Virus record (IMG/VR): IMGVR_UViG_3300033049_000066 | Location: 62,001-126,000 of that record | Strand: one strand, 5' to 3' | Length of the DNA: 64,000 nt | In this document: in pieces, positions 18,397 to 28,389 of the stretch | Numbering within the stretch: position 1 is the first letter of the stretch | How the letters are laid out: the number at the start of each line of letters is the position of its first letter | The notes under the pieces: model-generated | The model's input: only the letters and a program-made list of their open reading frames with translations | The model's database searches: none | Told to the model about the DNA's origin: nothing | Program-made: the position numbers and the translations under genes

Positions 18397-21300
18397 ATGT
18401 CGGTTAGGTATAAATTTAAGAGAATAATCTGGCTTTGTGATACAACAGATAAGAAACTTGCGACTGGTCAAGGTCTTCTTTACATGTGGCCTGATCCGAA
18501 TCCGTTAGTACCGCCGAAGTTCGGACTTATTAAGGCAAGTTCATATACTGGTGCAACGCCGGTCGAGGCATTCGAACGACGATATCCAAAATCATCCCAT
18601 AAAATTGATCAAGATAATATCGAACTTTTCGTGTATGAAATTGACGATAACAGGTTACACGATGATAAGATTAGAGCGGAGATCCACAAACGGTATATCC
18701 GTAACCCTGGGAGATTTCCGTTTGATGCTTATGATAAAGTTAATCATGTTGCACCGCAGGGTATTAATAACGAATCTTGCTTAGGTTATAATTACAATGA
18801 ACACAGCGGTGCCCTATTAGGATTAATCAAAGAATATTTCGGGATATTAGTAGTAGCAGACACGAGGGATCCGTGGATCCCTCGTGAAGCAGACCAAGAA
18901 AATACAGCAAAAGAAATCGCAAAAAAGTTAAAAACCAATGCACGGATTGCGTTAAACGGCCATACCGGATATGCGAAAATTATGATTACAATGGTCGCAA
19001 TACACCGGCATATATATCCATCAGATGGAGCATTTATTTTAGCAACTACGCCTGTAATTGACACGCTGTCGGGTATTATTTCGGATGCCACCGATTGGTA
19101 TTATGGTGGCAATCGGTGTAGACGAACTGTAGTCTATGACCGGGAGGCGCTAAATAATGGTAAAACCATTGCTGCAATGCGACAAGAAGCGGATAATGGC
19201 GACATAGTTTTCCTGAGCTTATCAGTTCAGGATATGCGATTTCAAGACAACGCATCATTGGTTATTGATGATAAAGAATTACGAGAAAAATACAAAGATT
19301 TAATTAGTGATGAGATTGAAATTGACCTATGGATAAGAGATGAAGCGCATTTTAACTATGCTGGCCTAGTAACCTCGAAGGTATTTGCTAGTTTGGATGA
19401 TCGGTGTCGATATATTATCGACACTAGCGCTAGCATTAACAAAATCGCTAACAATTACCACCCGGACTCAATAATAGACCGAGGCTTATTTTGGGCGCTT
19501 GCGCATGAAACAGAAAGGAAAACACCTCATATCCATATCGAGTCCCTTTCCGGAATGTGTTACGATACGCTAAGTCCCGACGTTCGTGAGGTATATAACG
19601 AAACCGAAGGATGGAGCCCATCAAAAATGACCGAACTTTTGCCGAACGGTCAGTTTAGAAGTTTAATCGCGATTAACTATATTTTAGAGAAACAGTATAT
19701 TTGCACCGATGAAAAGGAAGAAAATCCTTTGTCAATCATCAATGACATTGACTTACCGTATAAGTGTCGCCGCGTTGGCATGCATCTTTTTCCGGAGGGT
19801 GTCAACGGTACCCCTGCGAATATATACTTAAAAAAACTCGCAGATGATTTAAACGCAATGCCTCAATGGAGTCAGAAAGATGCATACGGGATAGCAAGGG
19901 CAATATTCATAACTCCTTATAATTTTAAAAAACATGCAGCAGCTCATACAAAGTCTAGCAACTCGTATCGCGATGTCATCGACTATCTCATGCAAACGTA
20001 TACTCATGTCGTTATTCTGACCCACAGGCGGTGGATCTTAGGTTCGAATATTCCGCCACTCGGACATGCAGTACAATGGGATAAAATTGTTGATCCATAC
20101 TGTCAAGAACAATTTGCCCCTGGAAGATTATTTAGAATCATGCCATGGAAAACTGCGATTAAGATATATGACCTGGCACCAGGCCACTATCTACAGAATT
20201 CAATATCGGAGATTGCGGCCAGCAGCAGTAAAATATTAAAGCAACCCGATGTTACGATCCTGTTACGTAATATTAGTTTTACAAGATATGAAAAAGGGAT
20301 CGGCATGAGATCTTGGACTCCGGAAGAGGTGTTTCGGCCATATAATAACATGCTTACTCGAAAATCCTTGTCGACGATTGGAGCCAGTATCTTAACAACA
20401 TTATCGTCCGTTGAGATTAATGCGTTGGCTTCGGCTTCATCTTCGTTAAAAAAGAACAAGGTGCTCGGAACAAACGAAAAAACTCAGCTTGTTGCTGAAA
20501 CCGGTACAGAGAAAGCTGCACCGAAGAACCAAAAAAGAAACAAGCAAGGCAAGGCGCCGGTTATGAATGACCGTAAAACATTAGATTTAATTAATAATAT
20601 ACTATTAGAAATCCCGTTTGTTGCTGTATCTACTAACATTTTGTTAATTGATGAAATATTAGATCATAGTATGATTCGGAGGATGTTTAATAGTATCATA
20701 GTTGACACTCTGCTAAATATCATAGCTAATAACCAAATTTTTAAACATGAATTACAGGATAAATTAACAGATATTCATTTAGCATTTGGGATATTGCCAT
20801 TTCTGGATATGCACGACGAGATATTTAAAAATACAACATTAAAAAAAGGTGAAGGCATTGTGTTTGTAAATTGCGAGGCCGCCGAATTTTTTGCAAATGA
20901 ATTTATTCGAGTATTTGCAATACCCAAACATACAACAGAAACAGTAGCAGTAGGAAACGCATTAAGTGGTAGTATACCGTTTTATTTGCAAAAACTGTTG
21001 CCTTGTGCTAATATAATATGTATTGAGAATAGTGATTACTATATTAGTCACTTAAAATCGTTGGGATTTACGTGTATAAAATACAACAACTTAAAGGAAA
21101 ACATGGTAAAAATTAAATACTGGGCCATTAACGCACCTTACCAAAAGGATGCGGGTGGTGTGAATGATAGCGGTAACAAACAGGGCAGCTATTGGTTTGC
21201 TTTCGTCGAAAAGATATTTGCGGTCGGACCCCCGGATGCGAAAATATTTAGTATCTCACCAAAGGCTATATTTGGAGCAGGCAATTATGGAAAATCAGCG

Positions 21301-21924
21301 TCAAAGGTAGCGAAAATATGCAATCATGGAAATTTTGTTCATATATGGCCGGACCTTGGGTCTCGGTTCCCTGGTGTAAGTATTCCAATTTGTGGATATG
21401 CAATAGATTTAGCAAAAACTACACCATATGCGACAGTTGATGGTTACGCTGACACCGATACGGTTATAATTAATAGCGATTACCCCGCCCCTTTTTATTT
21501 TTCTCCGGCTGCTGTTCGTATTATACAAAACTCATGGCAACAACACAAATCATTTGCGAATTTTGTAGAAAACTTGAACGCTAAGGACGACAATGTCGTC
21601 CTTAGAGTTAATGGTGGTCGTTTTAAACTCTGGAAGAAACTGTTTGTTGGGTTTGATCGAGATACCCAAAATAATCTTCAAGGAGCAGTAATCAACGATA
21701 ATGAACTCCCGGGGTATTTGTCAGCTAGTAAATGTAAACTATGGGAATATATCTTTAAAGTAATGGGTTGTGAAAAAGGTAATTCGGTTACTGGCGTATT
21801 CCAGCATTTACCAATAATGGACGATATGACCAGATCATATACTGATCAGGAATGGTTTTCTGCCTTTAACATCGATGAGCAAATGCAAAGAGAGATCGCA
21901 AAATTCCTACGTGAGGTCAAATGA
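18397..21924 (+). CDS. SF2 helicase-like / DNA adenine methyltransferase-like fusion (restriction-modification type)
   Basis: degenerate Walker A GHTGYAK, DEAH, GRLFR; C-terminal INAPYQ (NPPY-like) followed by a TRD-like region. Confidence 0.65.
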   Translation: MSVRYKFKRIIWLCDTTDKKLATGQGLLYMWPDPNPLVPPKFGLIKASSYTGATPVEAFERRYPKSSHKIDQDNIELFVYEIDDNRLHDDKIRAEIHKRYIRNPGRFPFDAYDKVNHVAPQGINNESCLGYNYNEHSGALLGLIKEYFGILVVADTRDPWIPREADQENTAKEIAKKLKTNARIALNGHTGYAKIMITMVAIHRHIYPSDGAFILATTPVIDTLSGIISDATDWYYGGNRCRRTVVYDREALNNGKTIAAMRQEADNGDIVFLSLSVQDMRFQDNASLVIDDKELREKYKDLISDEIEIDLWIRDEAHFNYAGLVTSKVFASLDDRCRYIIDTSASINKIANNYHPDSIIDRGLFWALAHETERKTPHIHIESLSGMCYDTLSPDVREVYNETEGWSPSKMTELLPNGQFRSLIAINYILEKQYICTDEKEENPLSIINDIDLPYKCRRVGMHLFPEGVNGTPANIYLKKLADDLNAMPQWSQKDAYGIARAIFITPYNFKKHAAAHTKSSNSYRDVIDYLMQTYTHVVILTHRRWILGSNIPPLGHAVQWDKIVDPYCQEQFAPGRLFRIMPWKTAIKIYDLAPGHYLQNSISEIAASSSKILKQPDVTILLRNISFTRYEKGIGMRSWTPEEVFRPYNNMLTRKSLSTIGASILTTLSSVEINALASASSSLKKNKVLGTNEKTQLVAETGTEKAAPKNQKRNKQGKAPVMNDRKTLDLINNILLEIPFVAVSTNILLIDEILDHSMIRRMFNSIIVDTLLNIIANNQIFKHELQDKLTDIHLAFGILPFLDMHDEIFKNTTLKKGEGIVFVNCEAAEFFANEFIRVFAIPKHTTETVAVGNALSGSIPFYLQKLLPCANIICIENSDYYISHLKSLGFTCIKYNNLKENMVKIKYWAINAPYQKDAGGVNDSGNKQGSYWFAFVEKIFAVGPPDAKIFSISPKAIFGAGNYGKSASKVAKICNHGNFVHIWPDLGSRFPGVSIPICGYAIDLAKTTPYATVDGYADTDTVIINSDYPAPFYFSPAAVRIIQNSWQQHKSFANFVENLNAKDDNVVLRVNGGRFKLWKKLFVGFDRDTQNNLQGAVINDNELPGYLSASKCKLWEYIFKVMGCEKGNSVTGVFQHLPIMDDMTRSYTDQEWFSAFNIDEQMQREIAKFLREVK

Positions 21925-22451
21925 TTGACAGCATTATTAAACATATTCGTGATCGACCGTATATGTCAGGAGTTAGTAGGGACAATGTTCGGGTGCGCTC
22001 AACGGCTGAAGTATTTACTAGAACAGATTTAGTTCTTGACTATATCAACTGGACTGATAAGAAATACCCCGATGCCTTTACAGATCCAAATAACAATTGG
22101 TGCGATAACTCAGCCGGCGATGGTCAATTATTGGGTGAGGTGCTAATCCGAAAAGTTGAACGAGCATTGGAGATAAGACAAATAACAAATTGCACAAAAG
22201 ACAGCATCGAAGGCTATGCAGCAATTTTTGAAAACGCTTTGCGTCATATATACGGTGTTGATAACCAACAATCTAATGTTGATTTATGTCGAGAGCGACT
22301 ACTATGTGGTCATGAAGAATTTAGGCACATTGTAGAAAATAATATAATCTGTGCCGACGCACTCGAATACGACTACAGCTTTGATGGGTCTTGGGAAAAG
22401 AAACAAGCCATGAATAAAAAGAAAGATGATCTATTTGATTTTGGTGACTAA
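21921..22451 (+). CDS. N6-adenine methyltransferase SAM-binding half
   Basis: TAEVFT, DNSAGDGQLL (motif I), IYGVD, NIICADAL; no NPPY motif. Confidence 0.75.
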   Translation: MIDSIIKHIRDRPYMSGVSRDNVRVRSTAEVFTRTDLVLDYINWTDKKYPDAFTDPNNNWCDNSAGDGQLLGEVLIRKVERALEIRQITNCTKDSIEGYAAIFENALRHIYGVDNQQSNVDLCRERLLCGHEEFRHIVENNIICADALEYDYSFDGSWEKKQAMNKKKDDLFDFGD

Positions 22452-22452
22452 C

Positions 22453-22818
22453 ATGAAAACCACTGAGATTACAAATTATTTTAGGTCAGATTTATTCGAA
22501 ATGTCAAATTTTCAGCCTACAACGACAGGGCTGTCTAGTGGTACTAAGCTGTGGGTCCGAGAAGAGCCGTACGGATTATCACATAACAAATACAGAATTA
22601 AAATTAGCAATCCACAAAAAGGCTCAGCAGTGTTCGCAATCTGGGGTGATGAACCAATCCAAGTCGCTGGAGATTGGGAAGTCCAGGGCAAAGATTTAAA
22701 AGAATTAAACACGTTAGTTCAAAGCACGTACCTTGATATTCGAAAACACATCAACGGAGAAATTGATTCTGCCGAGCTTGGATATGCGTTTAAAAATACA
22801 ATACGACCATCAAAATAA
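22453..22818 (+). CDS. hypothetical protein (possible internal head protein)
   Basis: MKTTEI...LFEMSN N-terminus. Confidence 0.6.
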   Translation: MKTTEITNYFRSDLFEMSNFQPTTTGLSSGTKLWVREEPYGLSHNKYRIKISNPQKGSAVFAIWGDEPIQVAGDWEVQGKDLKELNTLVQSTYLDIRKHINGEIDSAELGYAFKNTIRPSK

Positions 22819-22865
22819 CACGAATTTAAATACTAACAAACAACGAGATCAGTGATCGCAGTAAT

Positions 22866-23065
22866 GCTAACTCATTGATTTATATAAGGTTCTAGCATTT
22901 ATTGAATCAGAGTAATATATTGGTAAGCTATTGATTTATATAAGAATACTGGTTCTTAGCGGCGTTTTTGGCCGGCATTCACGTATCAGTACCAGTAAAC
23001 ATATCAAAACCGCCCTAAAATAATCGCAATTAGAGGTTGACCTTTGGCGCTAAATGTCGTATAAT
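22866..23065 (+). repeat. dispersed non-coding repeat, copy 2 with early promoter
   Basis: matches copy 1; TTGACC(23037)-N17-TATAAT(23060). Confidence 0.9.
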
Positions 23066-23103
23066 AGTTATACTATAAGCAATTAAGCAAAGGAAGAAAG
23101 ATC

Positions 23104-23481
23104 ATGAATACATTAAATATGAAGAATTTTAACAAATCACTTAAAATAGCAGCTGACCAGATGATTATGCGCAATTCAGCTATCGATTATGACGCTGATA
23201 CTGATCAGTCGGATCAGTATCAGACTGTAGCTAGTGTCTACATTGAGAAAGGATTGAGTAAAGATAATTTAAACGACTTACACATTTTTCGTGAAAAGAT
23301 GTATAAATTGCTTAAAAAGCGTTATAAAGTTAGCACAGACAGTATAACATCGTTTGCAGATCCAACAATAGCACTAAAAGCTAAAAAAGTGCCACAAAGA
23401 GCCCGAGTTATGCTGGGTATGATGGATATACTCATCGGTAAGCTAACACTAGCTGATGTACAGTTTGCTGAATTCGGTTAA
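23104..23481 (+). CDS. early protein, paralogue A
   Basis: shares KNF...DY.AD.D...KKVPQ.ARVMLG with 23593-23967. Confidence 0.75.
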   Translation: MNTLNMKNFNKSLKIAADQMIMRNSAIDYDADTDQSDQYQTVASVYIEKGLSKDNLNDLHIFREKMYKLLKKRYKVSTDSITSFADPTIALKAKKVPQRARVMLGMMDILIGKLTLADVQFAEFG

Positions 23482-23528
23482 ACTTAGCAAATAACCTCAT
23501 AATAATTAGCAATAAGGCCAATTAGCGG

Positions 23529-23557
23529 TTGACCTCTATAACTAAATGTCGTATAAT
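23529..23557 (+). promoter_or_regulatory. sigma70-like early promoter (duplicate of the 23037 promoter/leader)
   Basis: TTGACC-N17-TATAAT; leader matches 23066-23103. Confidence 0.8.
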
Positions 23558-23592
23558 AGTTACTATAAACAATTAAGCAATGGAAAAAGATC

Positions 23593-23967
23593 ATGGCTAA
23601 CCTCATAGTAAAGAACTTTGCAGAAACACTTAATCTCGCAGCAACTAGGATGATTTCAGTCGACCCGAGAGTTGACTACGGCGCAGATTCAGACGCGGAT
23701 GACCTCTACGGGGCAACAGTCCGGGCTTTCACAGATTCAGGTATTACTAAGGACGACCTTGAGAATTTACATACTGTAAAAGATGTCATTATGACAGCTC
23801 TCGCCAGCGCACATGAGGTCGACGCAAAACAGCTGGCCGCTAGTAGCAATAAACGAGATTTTTTAATATTTAAAAAAGTGCCTCAGACGGCACGGGTTAT
23901 GCTTGGTCTCATTGAGGTTATCATCTGTCAGGTGACAGTGGATTCTCATATGATTCAATTTGCATAA
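23593..23967 (+). CDS. early protein, paralogue B
   Basis: paralogue of 23104-23481. Confidence 0.75.
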   Translation: MANLIVKNFAETLNLAATRMISVDPRVDYGADSDADDLYGATVRAFTDSGITKDDLENLHTVKDVIMTALASAHEVDAKQLAASSNKRDFLIFKKVPQTARVMLGLIEVIICQVTVDSHMIQFA

Positions 23968-23995
23968 TCAATATTTTAACTACAAAGGAACCACC

Positions 23996-24193
23996 ATGAA
24001 ACGCACAGCAGAACACAGCGCAAAAATATCCAAGGCGTTAACCGGGCGCAAAATCTCAGCAGAGGCGAAACTTAATATGAGCCTAGCAAAGATGGGGCGA
24101 GCAAGAAAGCCATTTACAGCAGAACATCGTGCCAACATGCGACAAGCGCAGCAACGGCGCTGGGATCAGAAGCAAGCCCGAGAGGCGGTATAA
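23996..24193 (+). CDS. stand-alone NUMOD3-repeat DNA-binding protein
   Basis: three TAEH/SAEA-x-x-(K/N)-(I/M)-S-type motifs; AAGGA RBS; no nuclease domain. Confidence 0.65.
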   Translation: MKRTAEHSAKISKALTGRKISAEAKLNMSLAKMGRARKPFTAEHRANMRQAQQRRWDQKQAREAV

Positions 24194-24194
24194 A

Positions 24195-24479
24195 ATGTCA
24201 CCGCATCAAAATTCAATAAAAACAATTTTAATTCGCTTTGTGATAATGCTAATTTTCGTCATGCTAATTTTCGTCGGCATAACGTATTTTGGGCTTACGA
24301 CATTAGTACCAATGGTGCATCTGCAAGTACTTGACAATCAACAACAGCAGCTAGATACAAAGATAAAAGACTTGGAGTTTGATATTAAATGCGTTGAAGC
24401 CGGCAATCAACATATAGTTGTTGGTGACACTCATCTTTGTATGACACCCGATTCGCTCATTGATCATTATAAATCTTAA
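24195..24479 (+). CDS. membrane-anchored hypothetical protein
   Basis: N-terminal TM segment with 15-bp tandem duplication (MLIFV x2). Confidence 0.55.
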   Translation: MSPHQNSIKTILIRFVIMLIFVMLIFVGITYFGLTTLVPMVHLQVLDNQQQQLDTKIKDLEFDIKCVEAGNQHIVVGDTHLCMTPDSLIDHYKS

Positions 24480-24506
24480 CCGAACTAAAATTTGGAATTA
24501 TAACTT

Positions 24507-25280
24507 ATGTCAAATCCGTATAGTACACTTGGACTAACCTCGTCTGCCACTAGTGATGAAGTAAAACGTGCTTATAGAAAGCTGGCGATGAAATTCCACC
24601 CGGACCGCAATGACGGAAAGGATGCCAAGTTCAAGGAGATCAAGTCAGCGTACGATCAGATACAAAAAGGCCCGAGCCAAGACCCCGACGCGTGGTCGAC
24701 ATTTCGCAAGGAAGGTGGTTTTGCTGGAGCAGCCGGCCGGAGTTCAGTTTTTGATGATTTCTTCAATAATCGCAGACCGAACTACAAACCATCTACTGTA
24801 AATTTGTCAGCGCAAATACCATTCGCAGACGCTATATGCGGTAATCCTCAATTTTTAAAAATAAATGTCCATGGTAAATCAAAAACTGTTAAGGTTGAAA
24901 TACCTGCTGGGTTAACTCATGGTGAGAAGATAAAATACGCAAAGCTAGTCGATGGCATTGATGTTATCATTTCCTTTATAGTTGAGCCAACTCCTATGTG
25001 GGAATTGGACAAGCTAGATTTAATTCAAACACCAGATATAAGTATTTGGGATTTAATAACAGGCGGGGAGTTAGACGTTTCGTTAATTAATGGTAAAGTA
25101 ATACGCCTAAAGATTCCGGCCGGAACTCAACCTAACACCGTAATGCGGGTACAAGGAAAAGGAGTGCAATCACGTGTAACTAAAGTATTATACGGCGACA
25201 TGCTAGTTAAACTAAATGCCACGATACCAAAGGACATTCCAGCTGATCTTTTAAATATGATTAGGAAGGTCAACAGCTAA
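24507..25280 (+). CDS. dnaJ: DnaJ/CbpA-like chaperone (no Zn finger)
   Basis: J-domain with HPD ([14 protein letters not shown]), C-terminal IPAGTQP...GKG...GD. Confidence 0.92.
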   Translation: MSNPYSTLGLTSSATSDEVKRAYRKLAMKFHPDRNDGKDAKFKEIKSAYDQIQKGPSQDPDAWSTFRKEGGFAGAAGRSSVFDDFFNNRRPNYKPSTVNLSAQIPFADAICGNPQFLKINVHGKSKTVKVEIPAGLTHGEKIKYAKLVDGIDVIISFIVEPTPMWELDKLDLIQTPDISIWDLITGGELDVSLINGKVIRLKIPAGTQPNTVMRVQGKGVQSRVTKVLYGDMLVKLNATIPKDIPADLLNMIRKVNS

Positions 25281-25288
25281 ATATTTAC

Positions 25289-25669
25289 ATGCTACGAATA
25301 AAAACGAACCCTCTTAAGAAAATACCAGAACATGCAAAATTTGAAAATACAGAAGCACTTAGTCAAACAGGTATTGAAATGCTAATTGCACTAAACATGA
25401 CACAGAAAACGGTACTAACCGGACCGGAAGTTGGCATTGATTCTAAAATATTAGTAACAAAGGAACCACCACATTTCTTTTTCAATCCAATTCTTTCTGA
25501 GCCAAAAAACTTGCAATCTGAGGCGAAATCAAGTACAATAGCTATAACCTATACAAATTATTTAGGTGAAGTCTCCCAACATACACGAATAGATAGTGAC
25601 GGAAGTATTACAAAAGCAATCAATAATTTAAACAACGGCATAACACGTGCCAAACGAATACAGGAATAA
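25289..25669 (+). CDS. degenerate peptide-deformylase-like protein
   Basis: GPEVGI...FFNP...ITYTNYLG...NLNNGI follow the PDF layout but EGCLS and HExxH are absent. Confidence 0.5.
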   Translation: MLRIKTNPLKKIPEHAKFENTEALSQTGIEMLIALNMTQKTVLTGPEVGIDSKILVTKEPPHFFFNPILSEPKNLQSEAKSSTIAITYTNYLGEVSQHTRIDSDGSITKAINNLNNGITRAKRIQE

Positions 25670-25672
25670 AAT

Positions 25673-27931
25673 ATGCAAATCAATCCAGAAATCGAGCAGA
25701 TAACCGACTACGCAATTGCTCTCGCAAAACGGCAGCATCAGGAATATGTATTAGTTGAACATTTGCTGGTCGCATTAATAAGTTACGAACCATTTTACAA
25801 TTGTTTAAAAGGTTACGGTGTTAATATCGACGCAATGGTGAATGACATTGAGCTGTACCTGCATAATTTACCGGCAGCTCCGAGCACTGTCGAAAAGCCA
25901 AAACGAACTAACAGCATAGAGCGAGTGTTCAACCGTGCTGTAACGCAGGTTATATTTAGTGGTCGGCGCTTTGTTACTACAATTGATTTATTCTTGGCGA
26001 TCTCGTCTGAGGCAAGCAGCCACGCATCATATTTTATTTTAAAATATGGCGTTGATGACAAGGAGGCGATCGCATCGTACTGGAATGATAACTACAGCGA
26101 TATCGGTGGGAAGATGAGCGATACGCAATCAGACGAGGTGCTTGAAGAACATTGCACAAACGTATCGGCCAAGGCAGCAGCAGGTGAGCTCGAGCCGCTT
26201 ATTGGGCGAGAGGCCGAAGTGAAGGACGCGATAGAAATCCTCGCTAAGAAATTTAAGTCCAATGTGCTGATGGTCGGGGAGCCAGGTGTAGGCAAAACCG
26301 TCATCTTAGAAGGGCTCGCACAGAAAATCAACGCCGACGAAGTGCCGACGTTCATGAAGGGACACACCGTCTGGGAGCTCAACATCGGTGACATGCTCGC
26401 TGGCAGCAAGTACCGAGGAGAATTTGAAGAGAAATTTAAGAAAGTGATCAAGGCCTTGGAAGCGTCGGGCAAGGGTATACTTTTTATCGACGAAGCTCAC
26501 ACTATGAAGGGTGCTGGCAGCGGCGCAGGATCATCGTTGGATTTCGCGAACATGCTGAAGCCGGTGATCACACGCGGCAAGATCAAGGTCGTCGCCTGCA
26601 CCACCTGGGACGAATACTACGAATCCTTCGAGAAAGATAAGGCATTGATGCGCAGATTTTACAAACTAATTGTCGACGAACCAGATCACGACACCACAGT
26701 GAAGATTTTAACGGGCGTGGCGAAACGTCTGTCAGCATATCACAATGTGAAAATCGACCCGAGTGCTATCGCGTCAACCGTGGACTTGAGTACTCGCTAC
26801 ATTCACGACAGATTCAACCCAGACAAATCAATCGACATCTTAGACGCGGCCTGCGCTAAGGAACGTGCGAGTGACAACCACGACACGCTAATTAAAACTG
26901 AACATATCATTCAGCAACTAAGCAAAGTCACCGGCGTACCTACAGAACGTCTAAGCAATGAAAAAAGCAAGACACTATTGACACTGCGTGGCAATATCGA
27001 CAGCAAATTATTCGGCCAAGAAGATGCGGTGGAAGAAGTACTTAATAAAATTTACATCAACTTTGGTGGATTAGCCGAAGAAAATAAACCAGTCGCAAGC
27101 TTCTTGTTTCTTGGGCCAACCGGCACAGGTAAAACCGAGCTAGCTAAGCTAATCAGTGAAAACTTAGACATGGAACTATTACGTTACGATATGTCCGAGT
27201 ACATGGAAAAACATACAGTGGCATCACTTATTGGTGCGCCACCGGGTTATGTCGGCTACGAAGAGTCAGGTGGTGGTGGCAAGCTAATCTCAGATATTAG
27301 CAAACATCCATTCTCTGTACTGTTACTTGACGAAGTTGAGAAAGCTCACCCTGACGTGTTCAACGTGCTGCTGCAGGTCCTGGACGAAGGTAAGATTACT
27401 AGTCGCAGCGGAAAATCAGTGTCACTGCGAAATACAATCGTCATCATGACGTCAAATCTTGGCGCAGCTGACAATGAGAAAAATAACATTGGTTTCACAG
27501 ACCTGGCCCGCAGCGGCGAAGAAGATAAAGCAGTTAAAGAATTCTTTAAACCTGAGTTCCGCAACAGACTTGACGGTATTGCTAAGTTCAAGAAACTTGA
27601 AGATATAAATGTGAAGAAAATTGTTGTCAAGTTCATAAACGAACTAAAAGTCAGCTTGAAATCTAAGGGGATTGCATTCAACGCAACAGAGGCGGCCATC
27701 AATCATATTGCTGATACTGGTTACGATTCAGCACTTGGAGCACGGCCAATTAAACGACAGATCTCAGATGTGTTTAAACAGCCACTAAGTAAACGAATAT
27801 TATTTGAAGAATTAAGCAATTGCACAATTACCGCAGATTATGTCGACGGAGAAATTGTATTTACTGACACATGCGTTCCGGTAATCCCAGAGCTAAATCC
27901 CGAACCACATATTTTAACCCAAGATATTTAA
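25673..27931 (+). CDS. clpA: ClpA-type AAA+ chaperone/protease ATPase
   Basis: Clp N-domain, GEPGVGKT/FIDEAH, GPTGTGKT/LDEVEKAH, FKPEFRNRLD; 752 aa, no ClpB middle domain. Confidence 0.92.
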   Translation: MQINPEIEQITDYAIALAKRQHQEYVLVEHLLVALISYEPFYNCLKGYGVNIDAMVNDIELYLHNLPAAPSTVEKPKRTNSIERVFNRAVTQVIFSGRRFVTTIDLFLAISSEASSHASYFILKYGVDDKEAIASYWNDNYSDIGGKMSDTQSDEVLEEHCTNVSAKAAAGELEPLIGREAEVKDAIEILAKKFKSNVLMVGEPGVGKTVILEGLAQKINADEVPTFMKGHTVWELNIGDMLAGSKYRGEFEEKFKKVIKALEASGKGILFIDEAHTMKGAGSGAGSSLDFANMLKPVITRGKIKVVACTTWDEYYESFEKDKALMRRFYKLIVDEPDHDTTVKILTGVAKRLSAYHNVKIDPSAIASTVDLSTRYIHDRFNPDKSIDILDAACAKERASDNHDTLIKTEHIIQQLSKVTGVPTERLSNEKSKTLLTLRGNIDSKLFGQEDAVEEVLNKIYINFGGLAEENKPVASFLFLGPTGTGKTELAKLISENLDMELLRYDMSEYMEKHTVASLIGAPPGYVGYEESGGGGKLISDISKHPFSVLLLDEVEKAHPDVFNVLLQVLDEGKITSRSGKSVSLRNTIVIMTSNLGAADNEKNNIGFTDLARSGEEDKAVKEFFKPEFRNRLDGIAKFKKLEDINVKKIVVKFINELKVSLKSKGIAFNATEAAINHIADTGYDSALGARPIKRQISDVFKQPLSKRILFEELSNCTITADYVDGEIVFTDTCVPVIPELNPEPHILTQDI

Positions 27932-27938
27932 TTGAAGG

Positions 27939-27968
27939 TTGCTAGCGTCGCAGATTCGGCGCTAGCAA
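27939..27968 (+). terminator. intergenic stem-loop after clpA
   Basis: ttgctagcgtcg-cagatt-cggcgctagcaa inverted repeat; weak U-tract. Confidence 0.5.
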
Positions 27969-28007
27969 GTTACTCGATGTTTGATTTACAATAGCATAAA
28001 TAGTAAT

Positions 28008-28379
28008 ATGAAAACCTCATCAATTAATTTAATTCCGTACACCGCATTTGGTTCCGCCACAGGAAACTATGATCCGCTAGTCAACAGTGGAGATTTTAGC
28101 GGTGACCCCGGCAAGGCCGCAGCATATTATTCCAAGGACAAGAGCGTACAGACTGCCTCTTGGTACCTCATTGGATTCATCGGCGTCATCACCATCGAAG
28201 CTACACTTGAGAGCGATGGTACTACAGCAACATATTTTCCAATTCGTGTTATAGGCGATGGAGTAAATGCGTTAACTGAAAATGACTTCGAAAATTTAGA
28301 AGGTAATTATACTTGGCTTAGGGCTACTGTAACGCAGTTCACAGCTGGACAGATACAAAAAGTATCAATTGGGTACTAA
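28008..28379 (+). CDS. putative virion structural protein
   Basis: ATG after CATAAATA (27995); beta-rich, GNYTWLRA motif. Confidence 0.6.
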   Translation: MKTSSINLIPYTAFGSATGNYDPLVNSGDFSGDPGKAAAYYSKDKSVQTASWYLIGFIGVITIEATLESDGTTATYFPIRVIGDGVNALTENDFENLEGNYTWLRATVTQFTAGQIQKVSIGY

Positions 28380-28389
28380 AAGGTAATCT

